Below are positions 51,364-61,928 of a DNA stretch of 64,000 nt, piece after piece. Both the position numbers and the translations under genes were made by a program. The notes beneath the pieces were generated by a model. That model did not search any database. It was not told the DNA's origin and saw only the letters and a list, made by a program, of their open reading frames with translations. The stretch is from a virus (lineage: Duplodnaviria; Caudoviricetes). Location: positions 1 through 64,000 of IMG/VR virus record IMGVR_UViG_3300006467_000134. One strand, given 5' to 3'. Position 1 is the first letter of the stretch. Each line of letters begins with the position of its first letter.

Positions 51364-53237
51364 TTTCCGTCCGCCCAATTGGCAACAATTTTTGGGTCAG
51401 CCCTTAAGGGCACACGAAGTTGAATGCACTGTTCCATACAATCCCGAAGGTCAATAGCTACTTCCTCAATAATATCGAGGTCACATTCAACTACAATTTC
51501 GTCATGAATGGAATTAACTAAGAATACCTTGGTTAACCACCATCCTTTTTTCTTCATCAGGTTTCTGAATTTGATCTGCCCCATCTGAATAATGAGAGCA
51601 CCTGCCCATTGCATAGGGAAGTTATTCAGCTTGTTTAACCCGCCTTTGTAGTATCTCGCCTTTTCCTCTGGAGGAATTCGCCTTTGACGTCCGAGTAGCC
51701 CCATTACAGGCATATTGTTTTGGTAGAGTTTTTCCACCCGTTTAATATTTCTGGTTACACCAGGTCTTTTACGGAGGTATTCGTCCTTAATTCGCTCACA
51801 GACATCCATAGGAATGTGCTTCTGCGAAAAGTGTAATCTTCCAGCACTACCATTGTAGATCAACAGGAAATTACAGGTCTTGGCTGCCTGTCGATCTCCA
51901 TTAAGCATTTCGATAGCATTAGCGGTGTCTGTGTGGAGGTCAAGTCCATGCCAAAAGCCTTCCTTCTCATTTTCCTCTGCACCACACTTCGGACAGGTTC
52001 TCAGAAGTTTCTTACTCTTACCTTCGGCACCACACGGGCACTTGTAGGATAGATAGGCTTCTAAAAAACTAGGATCCTGAGTTTCGTGAGCTGCAGTGCG
52101 GAGCTCCAACTGCGAGTGGTCGGCAACGATCAGACCGCGGCCTTCCTCAGCAATAAAACACTCTCGTACGTTAACCCCATAGAGTGACTCGAACCGTTCA
52201 TCCTTGTACTCTGTGGGAACATTCTGCAGGTTGTGATCGCTGCACCGGGTTCTCCCAGAATCTGAGTGGACCGAGTAGGATCCATGCACCCTACCATCAA
52301 AGGATGTAGCAGCCTCGTGCGTTAGGGGTTGGACATACGTACCTATCAGCTTTTTGATCTTTCGGTATTCAAGGATCAGCTTACAGACTTTGTATTTCTT
52401 TGACAGCTTGGTCATAGACTCGTCGTTAAGCTGAATCTTTCCTTTATCCGTCAGGTTCAATCCGGTGCTGTCGTACCCCAAATCTCGGAAGAACCTATTG
52501 CGTAGTTGGTCGTCACTAGAAATATTGATCTTACCGATCTTACGGTGAATCTCTTTCTCTAGTTTGATTGACCGACTTAGCAAATCAAGGTAGAGCTTTC
52601 GAGCTCGTTCGATGTCCCACTTCATACCAGTGTACATGATATCTGAAAACACCAGTATCGACTTCATGAGCACTAGGTACAGATCCCAGCACCCCTTAGC
52701 TTTTACTTTCGGTCTGAAGTCCAAGTACAGTCGCAGTTCCCAGTAGACGTCGTCTTTTCCATACTGATAGAATTCTTCAGTATCGAGACCACCCGCGGAG
52801 GCAGTTTTATAATCCACCATCTCTTTGTTGTAGATTGATGGAACCAAGTCCTTCAAACCATAAGACATCATGTTCTCATCATAGAGATTGAGGAGAACGA
52901 TGGTATCGCGGATTAGTGGGTCGCTATACGTGTAGCCGGCCCGCTTGAGGATCTTAAGGTCAAACTGACTGTTGTGAGCAATACATTCAACCTCCCCATC
53001 AAAGGCGGCATCTATGATTGCTTGAATGTCTTCCCGGTCAGTGTAATACTCATTTATGATCTTACCATCTTCAATGGTGGCAAAACCGCACCCATGAATA
53101 TCAAACTCTTCATCCAACCACGATTCTGTTTCTTCGTGCTCGATATCGAAACAACAAAGCTTACTGGACTTTATCGCCTGGATCAGACGCTGCCTGCTCA
53201 CCGTTGGGGTTGGTAAGGTGGATCTTAGTGAAGCCAT
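51360..53237 (-). CDS. polA: family A DNA polymerase with 3'-5' exonuclease domain
   Basis: FDIE, HNSQFD, Y..DD, NLQNVP, DHSQLELR, AKTCNF, IHDE. Confidence 0.95.
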   Translation of the reverse strand: MASLRSTLPTPTVSRQRLIQAIKSSKLCCFDIEHEETESWLDEEFDIHGCGFATIEDGKIINEYYTDREDIQAIIDAAFDGEVECIAHNSQFDLKILKRAGYTYSDPLIRDTIVLLNLYDENMMSYGLKDLVPSIYNKEMVDYKTASAGGLDTEEFYQYGKDDVYWELRLYLDFRPKVKAKGCWDLYLVLMKSILVFSDIMYTGMKWDIERARKLYLDLLSRSIKLEKEIHRKIGKINISSDDQLRNRFFRDLGYDSTGLNLTDKGKIQLNDESMTKLSKKYKVCKLILEYRKIKKLIGTYVQPLTHEAATSFDGRVHGSYSVHSDSGRTRCSDHNLQNVPTEYKDERFESLYGVNVRECFIAEEGRGLIVADHSQLELRTAAHETQDPSFLEAYLSYKCPCGAEGKSKKLLRTCPKCGAEENEKEGFWHGLDLHTDTANAIEMLNGDRQAAKTCNFLLIYNGSAGRLHFSQKHIPMDVCERIKDEYLRKRPGVTRNIKRVEKLYQNNMPVMGLLGRQRRIPPEEKARYYKGGLNKLNNFPMQWAGALIIQMGQIKFRNLMKKKGWWLTKVFLVNSIHDEIVVECDLDIIEEVAIDLRDCMEQCIQLRVPLRADPKIVANWADGK

Positions 53238-53589
53238 GTGTTATGTTCCATGTGTTCGTGATTGGTTCAGCTAACTCAATGTAGACAATTGATCCAGGTT
53301 CGATTGTGCGATATTTATCAGGGTCTACGTTGAACTCATTGAGAAGATCCATCTCCTCGTCATATTCCACGTATAGACGCCCTGATTCAGTCTCTTGCAC
53401 CACACATTCAATGACCCGTGAATTAGGGTCAGTCCAAGGTGTACCCTCATTGGCAAAAAAGAGACCAGTGAAAATACATACAATAGTTCCAACAGCAGCT
53501 GCAGGAAAATTATCGTAATGGGCTGATACAGCCACCAAAATTACCCAAAGGATAACTATCAAAATAATAACTAGCATCGAAATCTCCAA
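53161..53589 (-). CDS. 2-TM membrane protein
   Basis: Hydrophobic N-terminus. Confidence 0.6.
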   Translation of the reverse strand: MEISMLVIILIVILWVILVAVSAHYDNFPAAAVGTIVCIFTGLFFANEGTPWTDPNSRVIECVVQETESGRLYVEYDEEMDLLNEFNVDPDKYRTIEPGSIVYIELAEPITNTWNITHGFTKIHLTNPNGEQAASDPGDKVQ

Positions 53590-53646
53590 AGAGGTGAAAA
53601 TAAGGGACCAGAAACCTGATCCCCCATTTTACACTACCAGTTTGAT

Positions 53647-54345
53647 TTAGTCAAGGTCATAACTTACGTCATCACCAGATTGATTTTCGACGGAATCTTC
53701 AGGAGCCGAGCCAGATTTGATGCCCCAGGCTTGTTCAGCCAATTCGGCAATCTTTTCGGGATCTGTCTCAATAGTTGAAGCCACCTCTTCCAAGGTAAAC
53801 GGCTTGAGTTGGTCTTCGGTGAATCCCTTCTCCAACAGTTCTTCCTTGGTGTAGTGTCCTTTGAACCGATACTTGTCGCCAGTGATTGGTGGACTTGGAG
53901 TTCCAGCCTTTCCTCTGGAGACTAGTACACGAGCCATGACAAAGTTGCCATCAGCCTCATCGTTCATCTCGGAAACAATAAGTTCGTAGCTCTTACTGGT
54001 TGCTGCCAAAATCTTTCGGTCACCAGGAACTTCCTGACCATTTCGAGTGAATGGATTCAGATCCAAAATCGAGAAGAATGCACAAGGTGCCTGACGAGCA
54101 TCCTTTTTACCAGCCGCAAAGGCTTGGCAAGCGGGACAGTTGTCACCCAGGCAAACTACTGGATGGGTTCGGTTACCAACGCGAATCTTGTGAATGAATT
54201 CCGTTGGTACGTCTTCCAAAGCTTCCAGCAGAACGATCTCTCGGTTCTTCTCCTCGTACTTCATTTTGAAGTTCCATGGAGTGTTGCTTTGCTTCTCGAC
54301 TTGTTCTTGGTGATCGTTAAAAAGCTTTGAGCCTTTAGTAAACAT
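53647..54345 (-). CDS. single-stranded DNA-binding protein (gp32-like)
   Basis: H...C....CPAC Zn motif, acidic C-terminal tail, replication context. Confidence 0.7.
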   Translation of the reverse strand: MFTKGSKLFNDHQEQVEKQSNTPWNFKMKYEEKNREIVLLEALEDVPTEFIHKIRVGNRTHPVVCLGDNCPACQAFAAGKKDARQAPCAFFSILDLNPFTRNGQEVPGDRKILAATSKSYELIVSEMNDEADGNFVMARVLVSRGKAGTPSPPITGDKYRFKGHYTKEELLEKGFTEDQLKPFTLEEVASTIETDPEKIAELAEQAWGIKSGSAPEDSVENQSGDDVSYDLD

Positions 54346-55272
54346 TCAGAGTGTCTTTCTAAATTCGTCTTTTGTGAACTCGCCTGAATCTTTTACTTGG
54401 CCCTTTGAGTTCAGAAAGGACCAGTAAACACGAAAGATTAAGCGAGATGGATACATAGACCGAAGTTCAGTCCATCCATGCTCTCCCGCTTTATCTTGGT
54501 CGAAGTAGCAGTACGGTACCTTACCACTACCTGCGATGAGGTCTACCTGTGAGCTTGAGATGTTAGCCGTCCATGTACAACATGTATCATAGCCTTCCTC
54601 GTTCGCCCATGGGTAGATGTTTAGCATATCTGTGAAGCCTTCTACTACAATTAGTTTGGGGTTGTCACTGAAGTGATCTTCGCCCCCAAGGAATGTGGCT
54701 GTATCACAGAAATACTTTAGGTGCTTTTGTGCCGGGTTATCTTCAATTGACCGCCCGATCATGCCCAAAAGCCCATGTTTATCCCTTACAGGAAAGATTA
54801 CTCGTTTCTGCCGCGGATCCCACCGTAGTCCGAATGTATCACATACGGACAGATCGTATCCACGATCTTGCTCCAAGTATTCCTCTGCAGGCGTTCCTCG
54901 AAAATCAGGGAACGTCTGCAGTAAGTCGTCATCAAAATACTCTTTCACTTTCCGAGTTTTTGTTTCAACGACCTTTCGTAGCTCCATTTTTAGTCGGTAG
55001 GTATCTTCATTCCAGACCTTAAGCAGAAGTGCTGCTTCAGGGTCATTACTTAAACGATGATATTCCGATAAAAACTTGTGGTAGGAGCCCTTCATACCAC
55101 AAGCGTAGCACTGAAAAAAATCAATGTCTGGCCAGATAACCAACGATTTGCTGTTATCCGTGCCTTTGGCGTGAGTCCAGGGAGCAAACGGACAATGACA
55201 AATGTACCCCTTGGAATATTCTTTGTGAATAATTCCCAGGTTTGTCAAGTCTTGGCTTATGTTCCAGGACAT
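54346..55272 (-). CDS. DNA primase (Zn finger + TOPRIM)
   Basis: CPF...H...CYAC, VIFPV, GR, VVEGFTD, FDQDKAG, KD. Confidence 0.9.
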   Translation of the reverse strand: MSWNISQDLTNLGIIHKEYSKGYICHCPFAPWTHAKGTDNSKSLVIWPDIDFFQCYACGMKGSYHKFLSEYHRLSNDPEAALLLKVWNEDTYRLKMELRKVVETKTRKVKEYFDDDLLQTFPDFRGTPAEEYLEQDRGYDLSVCDTFGLRWDPRQKRVIFPVRDKHGLLGMIGRSIEDNPAQKHLKYFCDTATFLGGEDHFSDNPKLIVVEGFTDMLNIYPWANEEGYDTCCTWTANISSSQVDLIAGSGKVPYCYFDQDKAGEHGWTELRSMYPSRLIFRVYWSFLNSKGQVKDSGEFTKDEFRKTL

Positions 55273-55664
55273 ACTTCCTCCATTGACATTGCGTTCTCGC
55301 GAACGTTGAATGAGGATTTCCTTCTGGCAACCTCAGCCAATACATCTGGATCCAAATGTGGGTTGAAAATACTTGCGTTCTTGTATCGGAACCACTCGTG
55401 AACCTCGTGAAGTTCTGCCTGCTTAATCAACCCGAAAATAACTCCCACTATTTCTTGCCGGCACATGTGTTGAGAAAGGAATCGTTTACCACTTTTCCAA
55501 GGAACTCTGGTGCCATCACGGGAAGCACTATCTAGAGAAGCGTCACTTTCCTCTGAAACAGAAATCTGAATGAACAGTCGATCTCCTGATTCTTTCACTA
55601 GTATAGTCCAGCCGGGTTTGTAGGTACATTTCTCTACGATCTCGCGTATCTCGTCGTTTGTCAT
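55257..55664 (-). CDS. phage hypothetical protein
   Basis: ELHEVHEWFRY...IFNPH. Confidence 0.65.
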   Translation of the reverse strand: MTNDEIREIVEKCTYKPGWTILVKESGDRLFIQISVSEESDASLDSASRDGTRVPWKSGKRFLSQHMCRQEIVGVIFGLIKQAELHEVHEWFRYKNASIFNPHLDPDVLAEVARRKSSFNVRENAMSMEEVCPGT

Positions 55665-55700
55665 TCTCGTCTTTCCTTGTGTGTGTTTGGTGATAGCACG

Positions 55701-55961
55701 TTAATCGCTTAAACCAACCAAGTCTGCAGGCTCTTTGGTTACCCATCGCCAGTGGGCATAGTTATCTTCTCCAACGTATCGCTCGGCATAACCAAGATCT
55801 ACTGCCTCCTGTTGCAAATCTTCGAGCTTTTGCTTATGGATATTGGGGGATGTCCAGTAAAGTAGTCCCGAGACAAGTAAAAAGACGCCAAGCAAAGTAA
55901 AGAAAAAAGCCAAAATTAGATCACTTTCCGTACTACCAATCCTTAAGTTACGAGATGACAT
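55701..55961 (-). CDS. single-TM protein
   Basis: TM plus EAVDLGYA. Confidence 0.6.
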   Translation of the reverse strand: MSSRNLRIGSTESDLILAFFFTLLGVFLLVSGLLYWTSPNIHKQKLEDLQQEAVDLGYAERYVGEDNYAHWRWVTKEPADLVGLSD

Positions 55962-56406
55962 CTGCAGTATTCTCCAAAATCTTGACTAACTGCGGTGAGA
56001 TTCCAAAACGATCAGCACAAACATCGATGGACTTACGAATGTTGCCGTCGTGTTGTCTTTCACTGGCTGCCTTCCAGTCGCAAAACATTTCAAGGACGTC
56101 AAACAAATTCATGTCTTCAATACCATTTTTGAAATGCTCTGGGTGGTGGCGATTCTTCGCGTAGTGATGTTCCCTGGCAGTATCTAAGGCTTTCAGAGAT
56201 TCCTTATATTCTTCTGAATCAAAGGTAAGCTCTTTTAGCTTAGGACCATGTTCCGTGAAACCCTCAACCTCTGGGGACGCTAGTTTACTGGCATCATGTA
56301 CTTCCCCACGCTTAATCAACGTGAACGCAGATGTGTTTAGTAGCTCCTGTACCCGTTGAATGTGTTGGTAGGTTTCTACCCTACCAGTGTCTAAATGTCG
56401 TTCCAT
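55948..56406 (-). CDS. DUF5662-like (HD-type) protein
   Basis: HDASK, HHY..NRHHPEH, EMFCDWKAA. Confidence 0.75.
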   Translation of the reverse strand: MERHLDTGRVETYQHIQRVQELLNTSAFTLIKRGEVHDASKLASPEVEGFTEHGPKLKELTFDSEEYKESLKALDTAREHHYAKNRHHPEHFKNGIEDMNLFDVLEMFCDWKAASERQHDGNIRKSIDVCADRFGISPQLVKILENTADVIS

Positions 56407-57653
56407 TAGTATTCAAGTCCCTCAACACTGATTTCTTCGTCCTGCGAACGCTCGTAGAACTTTTTGTTTTCATGATCCCAGTGGATCTCGAATGTCGTAT
56501 CCCTGGTGGGATTGGTGGCATCTTTCATCTTTGTGATTCGTACGGTAGCCAGGTTCATGTTGCGTTGATCCTCCGATGCCTGTAGAAGGAACATATTAGT
56601 CGCAGCAACTCGCCAATCCTTACCATACCTGGTCTGATTTCCCGCATCTGCGTTACTGAGTGTTTTCTTGACAGTGGTTGACTGCTGAGTCGTTACAACC
56701 CACGGCAAATTGGTTACCCGGGCAGCATTTTGTAGCTGTTCAGTGATCATTTTGATCTTCTGCCATTCGTCTGACTGGCCAACCTGTAGTCGGTAACCTG
56801 CATCAACGATCACTAAATCAGGTTGATAACTTTCAGTCAGGAGCAGGATATCGCCAACTGATCGAACATCTGAGGGTGCAAAGAAAATATCACCTTTAGC
56901 ATTCTCGATCTGCTCCAAACGGTTCTTGAATTTGATCTCTTCCATCAACCTAAGCTTGTGATGCCTCAAGCGACCATAGCTTACTTCGTAGATTAAGCTC
57001 TCGGTTCGCTCCTGAACTACCTTGTTGGAGTCCTCCAGGCTCACCATAAGAACTTTATGTCCTTGTTCAAAACCAAGGGCTGCGGATATACAACTAATCC
57101 AGGTTTTACCTACGTTGGGTTCCGCCGACCATACGTGAACACCAGCTTTTGTCCATCCTCCACAAAGCTCGTTGATCGTTTCCCAAACTGTGGGGATGCC
57201 AAGTTCGCCCTGTCTCTTTTCTTCTCGATATTCTAAGTACCTTTCTTTTGCCGAGGACTTAAATGAAACAATACCTTTTCCTGGATTGACTACTGAGCCC
57301 ACCGACATAAATTTGGCAACGGCTGCCTGTGGGTCGTCTGCAAGTAGATTGATTGCCTCTTCGCCGATCTTAGCAATTCGTTGCTGATTCAGATACTTGG
57401 TATAGGAATCAACCGCAAAGTCCTCACTTTCGACGTCAGGAAGATCTACATCCAACTCGTCCAGGATAGTGTCTTTGTTTGGCCACTGCGAGTAAGTATT
57501 GTTGAAGTTTTGGATAAACTCAACAACAGTGTAGCCGGCTCTGTCAAATTCCTGGATGTGACTGAAAGTGATGTTGTTATCAAGTAACGGCGAGAAGCTT
57601 TGCTTACTTAGGCATAGGCTCAGTAACCTTTTTGATGATTGGTGCAATATCAT
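56406..57653 (-). CDS. DnaB-like replicative helicase
   Basis: AEPNVGKT, SLE, IVD, TTQ, KMKD. Confidence 0.85.
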   Translation of the reverse strand: MILHQSSKRLLSLCLSKQSFSPLLDNNITFSHIQEFDRAGYTVVEFIQNFNNTYSQWPNKDTILDELDVDLPDVESEDFAVDSYTKYLNQQRIAKIGEEAINLLADDPQAAVAKFMSVGSVVNPGKGIVSFKSSAKERYLEYREEKRQGELGIPTVWETINELCGGWTKAGVHVWSAEPNVGKTWISCISAALGFEQGHKVLMVSLEDSNKVVQERTESLIYEVSYGRLRHHKLRLMEEIKFKNRLEQIENAKGDIFFAPSDVRSVGDILLLTESYQPDLVIVDAGYRLQVGQSDEWQKIKMITEQLQNAARVTNLPWVVTTQQSTTVKKTLSNADAGNQTRYGKDWRVAATNMFLLQASEDQRNMNLATVRITKMKDATNPTRDTTFEIHWDHENKKFYERSQDEEISVEGLEY

Positions 57654-58237
57654 TTATGTGGTCTAAATAGATGGGAGCTGTCTGTCGTAACAAAATCTAC
57701 GGACTCTGTTAACACTCGAAAGAATGAAGGATACACTTCCTCGAATGTCTTTGGTCCGATGTTGGATGTGATGATGGTGGCTTTTTTGGCATCTATTCGC
57801 CTGCGAACCATCATCTCTATCATCCGTTCTCGCTCGCCTACTCGTGCAACTTTCCTACCTTTCTCGCTTTTCACTGACAAAACAAATTCATCAAGTACCA
57901 GAAGAGGGACCGTTTCCGCCCTTTGGACAACAGTCATGTCATCGTCAAACTCATAGTCTTCAATAATGTACTTGGGAACTTGGTCACAGGCCAACCATAA
58001 TCCGCTGTGTCCTTTACTCAAGGCCGCCTTAAGGCAGATAGCAGCAATGGCTGACTTGCCTGTTGATTGCTTGAAACTCAGATATAAACCACGACCATTG
58101 CTAACATTATACGTTATATTCTCCACGTAGTCAACAATCTGTTCTTTGTGGCTCGCCTTATCAGGAATTTCTGATAGGCGGGCATCCCAGTGATTCCTGG
58201 GTAGGTTCATCCGATTAAGTAAATCTTCTACTCCCAT
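57650..58237 (-). CDS. DnaC/IstB-like helicase loader ATPase
   Basis: GLYL...STGKS, LLVLDE, R......TIITSN. Confidence 0.8.
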   Translation of the reverse strand: MGVEDLLNRMNLPRNHWDARLSEIPDKASHKEQIVDYVENITYNVSNGRGLYLSFKQSTGKSAIAAICLKAALSKGHSGLWLACDQVPKYIIEDYEFDDDMTVVQRAETVPLLVLDEFVLSVKSEKGRKVARVGERERMIEMMVRRRIDAKKATIITSNIGPKTFEEVYPSFFRVLTESVDFVTTDSSHLFRPHK

Positions 58238-58791
58238 TCTCTATCCGCTAACCCTTCTGATGGATCTTTCTTTTTGGTGGGAATTCCAACTAGTCGCCAT
58301 CGTTCTAGTTCTCGAATATGGACAATGCTAAGCAGTTGGTAAATCTCATACGGCTTTAAGTCCTCCTGGTTATCTTGAACCCATTTGTACAAGCGAAGTA
58401 GATCATCTTCAGGGAGAGCCATTCGAGCTTGCTTAGCAAACTTGCGGTACTTTGGGGAGTACTCGTTGGAGCCGCTAATATAAAAGTCACTGGGTATCAC
58501 ATCCCAATTTTCTACAAACCAGTCAAGAACTGAGTCTTTCTTACGATTGCCTGCTGGCCTCTTACCTTGACGAGCCATTAATCCTATTGGGAATAATTCC
58601 TCAGGATCCTTTATCTCAGTCACTAGAAATGGGCCAGTCCCTTCATACTTTAGCCAGCCCATCTGCTGGTACTCATCCAAATAGTAGTCCTGCTTATTCT
58701 CTACCTCTCGGTCGGTCATTAGAAGCAGTTCTACATAAGGAAGTATTCGATGTCCATATTCTTTGTACATCTTTTTCAGTGATTTTATCAT
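58228..58791 (-). CDS. hypothetical protein, possible replication initiator
   Basis: Position directly upstream of loader and helicase. Confidence 0.5.
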   Translation of the reverse strand: MIKSLKKMYKEYGHRILPYVELLLMTDREVENKQDYYLDEYQQMGWLKYEGTGPFLVTEIKDPEELFPIGLMARQGKRPAGNRKKDSVLDWFVENWDVIPSDFYISGSNEYSPKYRKFAKQARMALPEDDLLRLYKWVQDNQEDLKPYEIYQLLSIVHIRELERWRLVGIPTKKKDPSEGLADREWE

Positions 58792-58807
58792 ATCGACGTG
58801 ATCTTTC

Positions 58808-59629
58808 TTAGCTTTGCATTTCCCAAAAAGTATGTCTCAATCTCTCTCTTAACGAGCCTGTTATAAAGCATTCTGTGCTGCACCCCGCAAAAAATCTACT
58901 GGGCTTATATGGTTCCAAATTCTGCTTGATGTGATTTTCTGTATCCCATACTAATTTAGGGTCACCTCGCCAAGAAAAATATTCTACGATATCGTAGTTA
59001 GCTCTGGATCTACCGTTGGAGTACCGTTTACCTACAGTGCGAGAAGTAATTCCGATTTTCCCAAATTTCTCACCAGTTTGACTATCTTCAAAGAATGCTA
59101 CATATATCTCTCCGAGTCCATCTCCTCGGTCGCAAGCCTCCTTAAACTTAGTAAAACTATAAACCGATGGGCAGATAGGGTCCATATGTGAGCACGCCTC
59201 ATCCAACCATCCATTTAGTCTCGCCTTCCTGTACTCTGTTGGGTACTTAGTGGCAAACTCTTTTCGGCCCACACAAGTTTTGGCGGCTTTCAAGACCTCA
59301 GACTTACTTACTTTCTTCACCTTTCGGTCTTTAGGCATATGTGAGCACGCCTTGTCTAGCAATCCTTTACGATGTAGCCACATATAACAAGCTGCCTCGT
59401 TAAGGCGGAACTCCTGCCTATTTTTGTATTTAACAGCGATTGTTTTAGCCCTTTTGAAGGTCCATGATTTTCTGGTTGACACCATGTGTGCACACGCTTC
59501 GTCTAACCAACCCTTTCTCCAAGCTTTTTGATACTGGAGATCAGCTTCCCTGCTAGACTTTCTCCAAGCCATCTTTGTTTTAAATTGCTTTGCGGATTTT
59601 ATTATTTCAGATTTATCTAGGTAGTTCAC
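58808..59629 (-). CDS. free-standing homing endonuclease (GIY-YIG/T5orf172-like C-terminus, three N-terminal repeats)
   Basis: GWLDEACAHM-type repeat x3; IYV...KIGITSR...KRY...TECF. Confidence 0.75.
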   Translation of the reverse strand: MNYLDKSEIIKSAKQFKTKMAWRKSSREADLQYQKAWRKGWLDEACAHMVSTRKSWTFKRAKTIAVKYKNRQEFRLNEAACYMWLHRKGLLDKACSHMPKDRKVKKVSKSEVLKAAKTCVGRKEFATKYPTEYRKARLNGWLDEACSHMDPICPSVYSFTKFKEACDRGDGLGEIYVAFFEDSQTGEKFGKIGITSRTVGKRYSNGRSRANYDIVEYFSWRGDPKLVWDTENHIKQNLEPYKPSRFFAGCSTECFITGSLRERLRHTFWEMQS

Positions 59630-59762
59630 ATTATCCCTTTACTAGTTGAGAGAATTGGTAAAAAAGTCCCTTCCTATTTAAATGTACGGGAGTAAGAGGT
59701 AAAATACGCACAAATATTTGTTATCCTTGTAATTTAACCTAAAATAGGCGAACTAAGATTTC

Positions 59763-61928
59763 CTAAATATTACATATCTTCCTTAGTCGCCAACCATCAA
59801 CAACGAAGCCTACAGGATCCGCACAAACTCCCAACGAAAATTGGATAGTAAAACTTGACCCTGTACATGTCCAGGTCTCACTGAAGTACGTTCGAGTTCC
59901 TGTATTCAGGATACCCTGCGAGCCAGTCTGACTATTGGTGTAGGTAATGGGCTGAATAATACCAGCACCACTTCCGAGAGGATGGATACCCGTGATTGGG
60001 TAAATCTTCTGAACGTAGCAATCAAAAATGTATTCATCACCAACACTGGCATCTGCGTGATTATACGTGCATTGGGGAGTGCCTGCACCTGATTGAGCAA
60101 TCGTAAGTGTAAGATCCTGGAAGTTCACGAACTCAGTACTACTGGCATTACCAATAGTGAAGTAGGGATCTACTGATTGATATCCACCATTTCTGGCAGC
60201 AATCAAGTTACCACTAATGAGATCTCGTGTTCCGTCCAAACATGAAAAATCCTGCACTGTCAAATTCATAGTCAGGTCATGCGGTGCTGAGTAGTCCACT
60301 TGAATCCCGACCACCAAAGCAGTTACTTCTCGTCGCTCGATCTCGCTGGTTCCCATAGTGGTGAACGTTATCACGTCATTCAGACGTATGTCAGCAATAT
60401 ATGGCACTGTCAAGGACATGGTGGCATTATCAAGAAACAACTCCTGGTAACGCCTTTTAAGAATCCGAGTTAGCTTCTCAGGTGAGTCTGCATACTTGTT
60501 TGAAATAGTTTCAACTGTCCACCCACATTCACCTGTTTGGTTGTTATCCTTCAAGCTGGCCGTTACCGCCGTCGTTGGATTTGAACCAGGATTTAGTATT
60601 GGACGCTGCAATGGAAGCTGCCTTATGTTTTTCTGACCTGCTCCACCAGCAGGACCACCAATAAGATTACCGAGAGGTACAATAGGTGGTTTAGCAACTT
60701 TCTTGATCTCAAATTTGCGAGCAAGCTTATTTTCTTCCTCGATCTTCTGCTCTACCTTCGGAGGTGCAGCTGGAGGATTGACCATCTCACTAATACGCTT
60801 GACAGTGTTGGCCTCCATTTTCTTGGCCCTGTCGTTAACCGCTTCCTGGTGTGCTTGCCCAGTGGCTATACGGTTGTGTACCTGGTTAATGGCATTTTCG
60901 TAGGCCTTCAACCATTCTGGTGTTGCCTCTTTAGTTGGTCGAATCTGCCCAGTCAAACCAAGATTGATCAGCTCGTCGGAAACAAAGGTTCCATCTTTCT
61001 TACGAGCTTTGATTCTAGTAAGACCGTCTCCCAACACTGTTTGAGTATACAGATTGATGTCATCAGAAACTAACTCAACGTTCAAAAGATCTTTTTCGTT
61101 CGCTGAGATGTTTGCGACTTGAATCTCCGGTGTCTTATTTCCAATACCAGAAATTACACGGGTGTTATAGTTTCCAGGTACGGACCCAAAACCGTTTGTG
61201 TTGTCCGCAGTTCTAGAGTCCGTCAGTACCTTGTACCCTGAGGAGGCTACTGCAGTATTTGCTCCAGTGCCATTGATCAAGTATGTATTCTGAGGACCAA
61301 CAGATTTCTTGCTGACATAGATCGTCCACTCAGGTGGAATTACATGGTCTACAGAACTATTTTGATCCTTCCAATCACCAAACTCAATGTTGCCTCCCGC
61401 CTGTACATACATTGTTCCACCAGCTGCCTGGGCAAGCTGTTTTAATTCTTCCCAAGCAGACTCTCCGTCTACGCGAGTAGACAAAGTAAATGTGCTGGTA
61501 AGATTGTTGGTAACCAATGCCGAAGGAACACCAAGATATGTATCTAGGATTGTGTCAATCAGATCTGGGATCGAACTACTAAATATCTCAGTAGTCAGAG
61601 GAATCTGATTCAATCTGAAATAGTAAGAGGACAGTTGAACTGTCAGCTGATCAGTGGTAGTATCTTGGTACTCGTCATAGGTACCAATCAAACCGGCGAT
61701 CCAGCTCGGAGTGGTACTGTATAAATCGGCGTCTGGTGTTCCAGTAATATCCGATCCATACGTTTGTGTTGTCGGAAATTGGTAGACCAGGGGAACACAG
61801 GTATCATAACATCCTGCATAGAACTGTCCACCTTGATTAGCAAGTACTACAGTTGCACTATAGTCGGAACTTAGTGACAAGGTTGCACTTGCTTTTATCA
61901 AATTGTCTTCAAGCTCAGTTAGGCTCAT
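59763..61928 (-). CDS. probable tail/baseplate hub structural protein
   Basis: 721 aa, Thr/Ser/Gly-rich beta protein; WEELKQLAQAAGG.MYV...G; IRLNDVI. Confidence 0.6.
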   Translation of the reverse strand: MSLTELEDNLIKASATLSLSSDYSATVVLANQGGQFYAGCYDTCVPLVYQFPTTQTYGSDITGTPDADLYSTTPSWIAGLIGTYDEYQDTTTDQLTVQLSSYYFRLNQIPLTTEIFSSSIPDLIDTILDTYLGVPSALVTNNLTSTFTLSTRVDGESAWEELKQLAQAAGGTMYVQAGGNIEFGDWKDQNSSVDHVIPPEWTIYVSKKSVGPQNTYLINGTGANTAVASSGYKVLTDSRTADNTNGFGSVPGNYNTRVISGIGNKTPEIQVANISANEKDLLNVELVSDDINLYTQTVLGDGLTRIKARKKDGTFVSDELINLGLTGQIRPTKEATPEWLKAYENAINQVHNRIATGQAHQEAVNDRAKKMEANTVKRISEMVNPPAAPPKVEQKIEEENKLARKFEIKKVAKPPIVPLGNLIGGPAGGAGQKNIRQLPLQRPILNPGSNPTTAVTASLKDNNQTGECGWTVETISNKYADSPEKLTRILKRRYQELFLDNATMSLTVPYIADIRLNDVITFTTMGTSEIERREVTALVVGIQVDYSAPHDLTMNLTVQDFSCLDGTRDLISGNLIAARNGGYQSVDPYFTIGNASSTEFVNFQDLTLTIAQSGAGTPQCTYNHADASVGDEYIFDCYVQKIYPITGIHPLGSGAGIIQPITYTNSQTGSQGILNTGTRTYFSETWTCTGSSFTIQFSLGVCADPVGFVVDGWRLRKICNI

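Noticed and set aside
51950-52060. Intein or intron in the DNA polymerase
   Set aside because: Insert is about 30 aa, in frame, without splicing motifs
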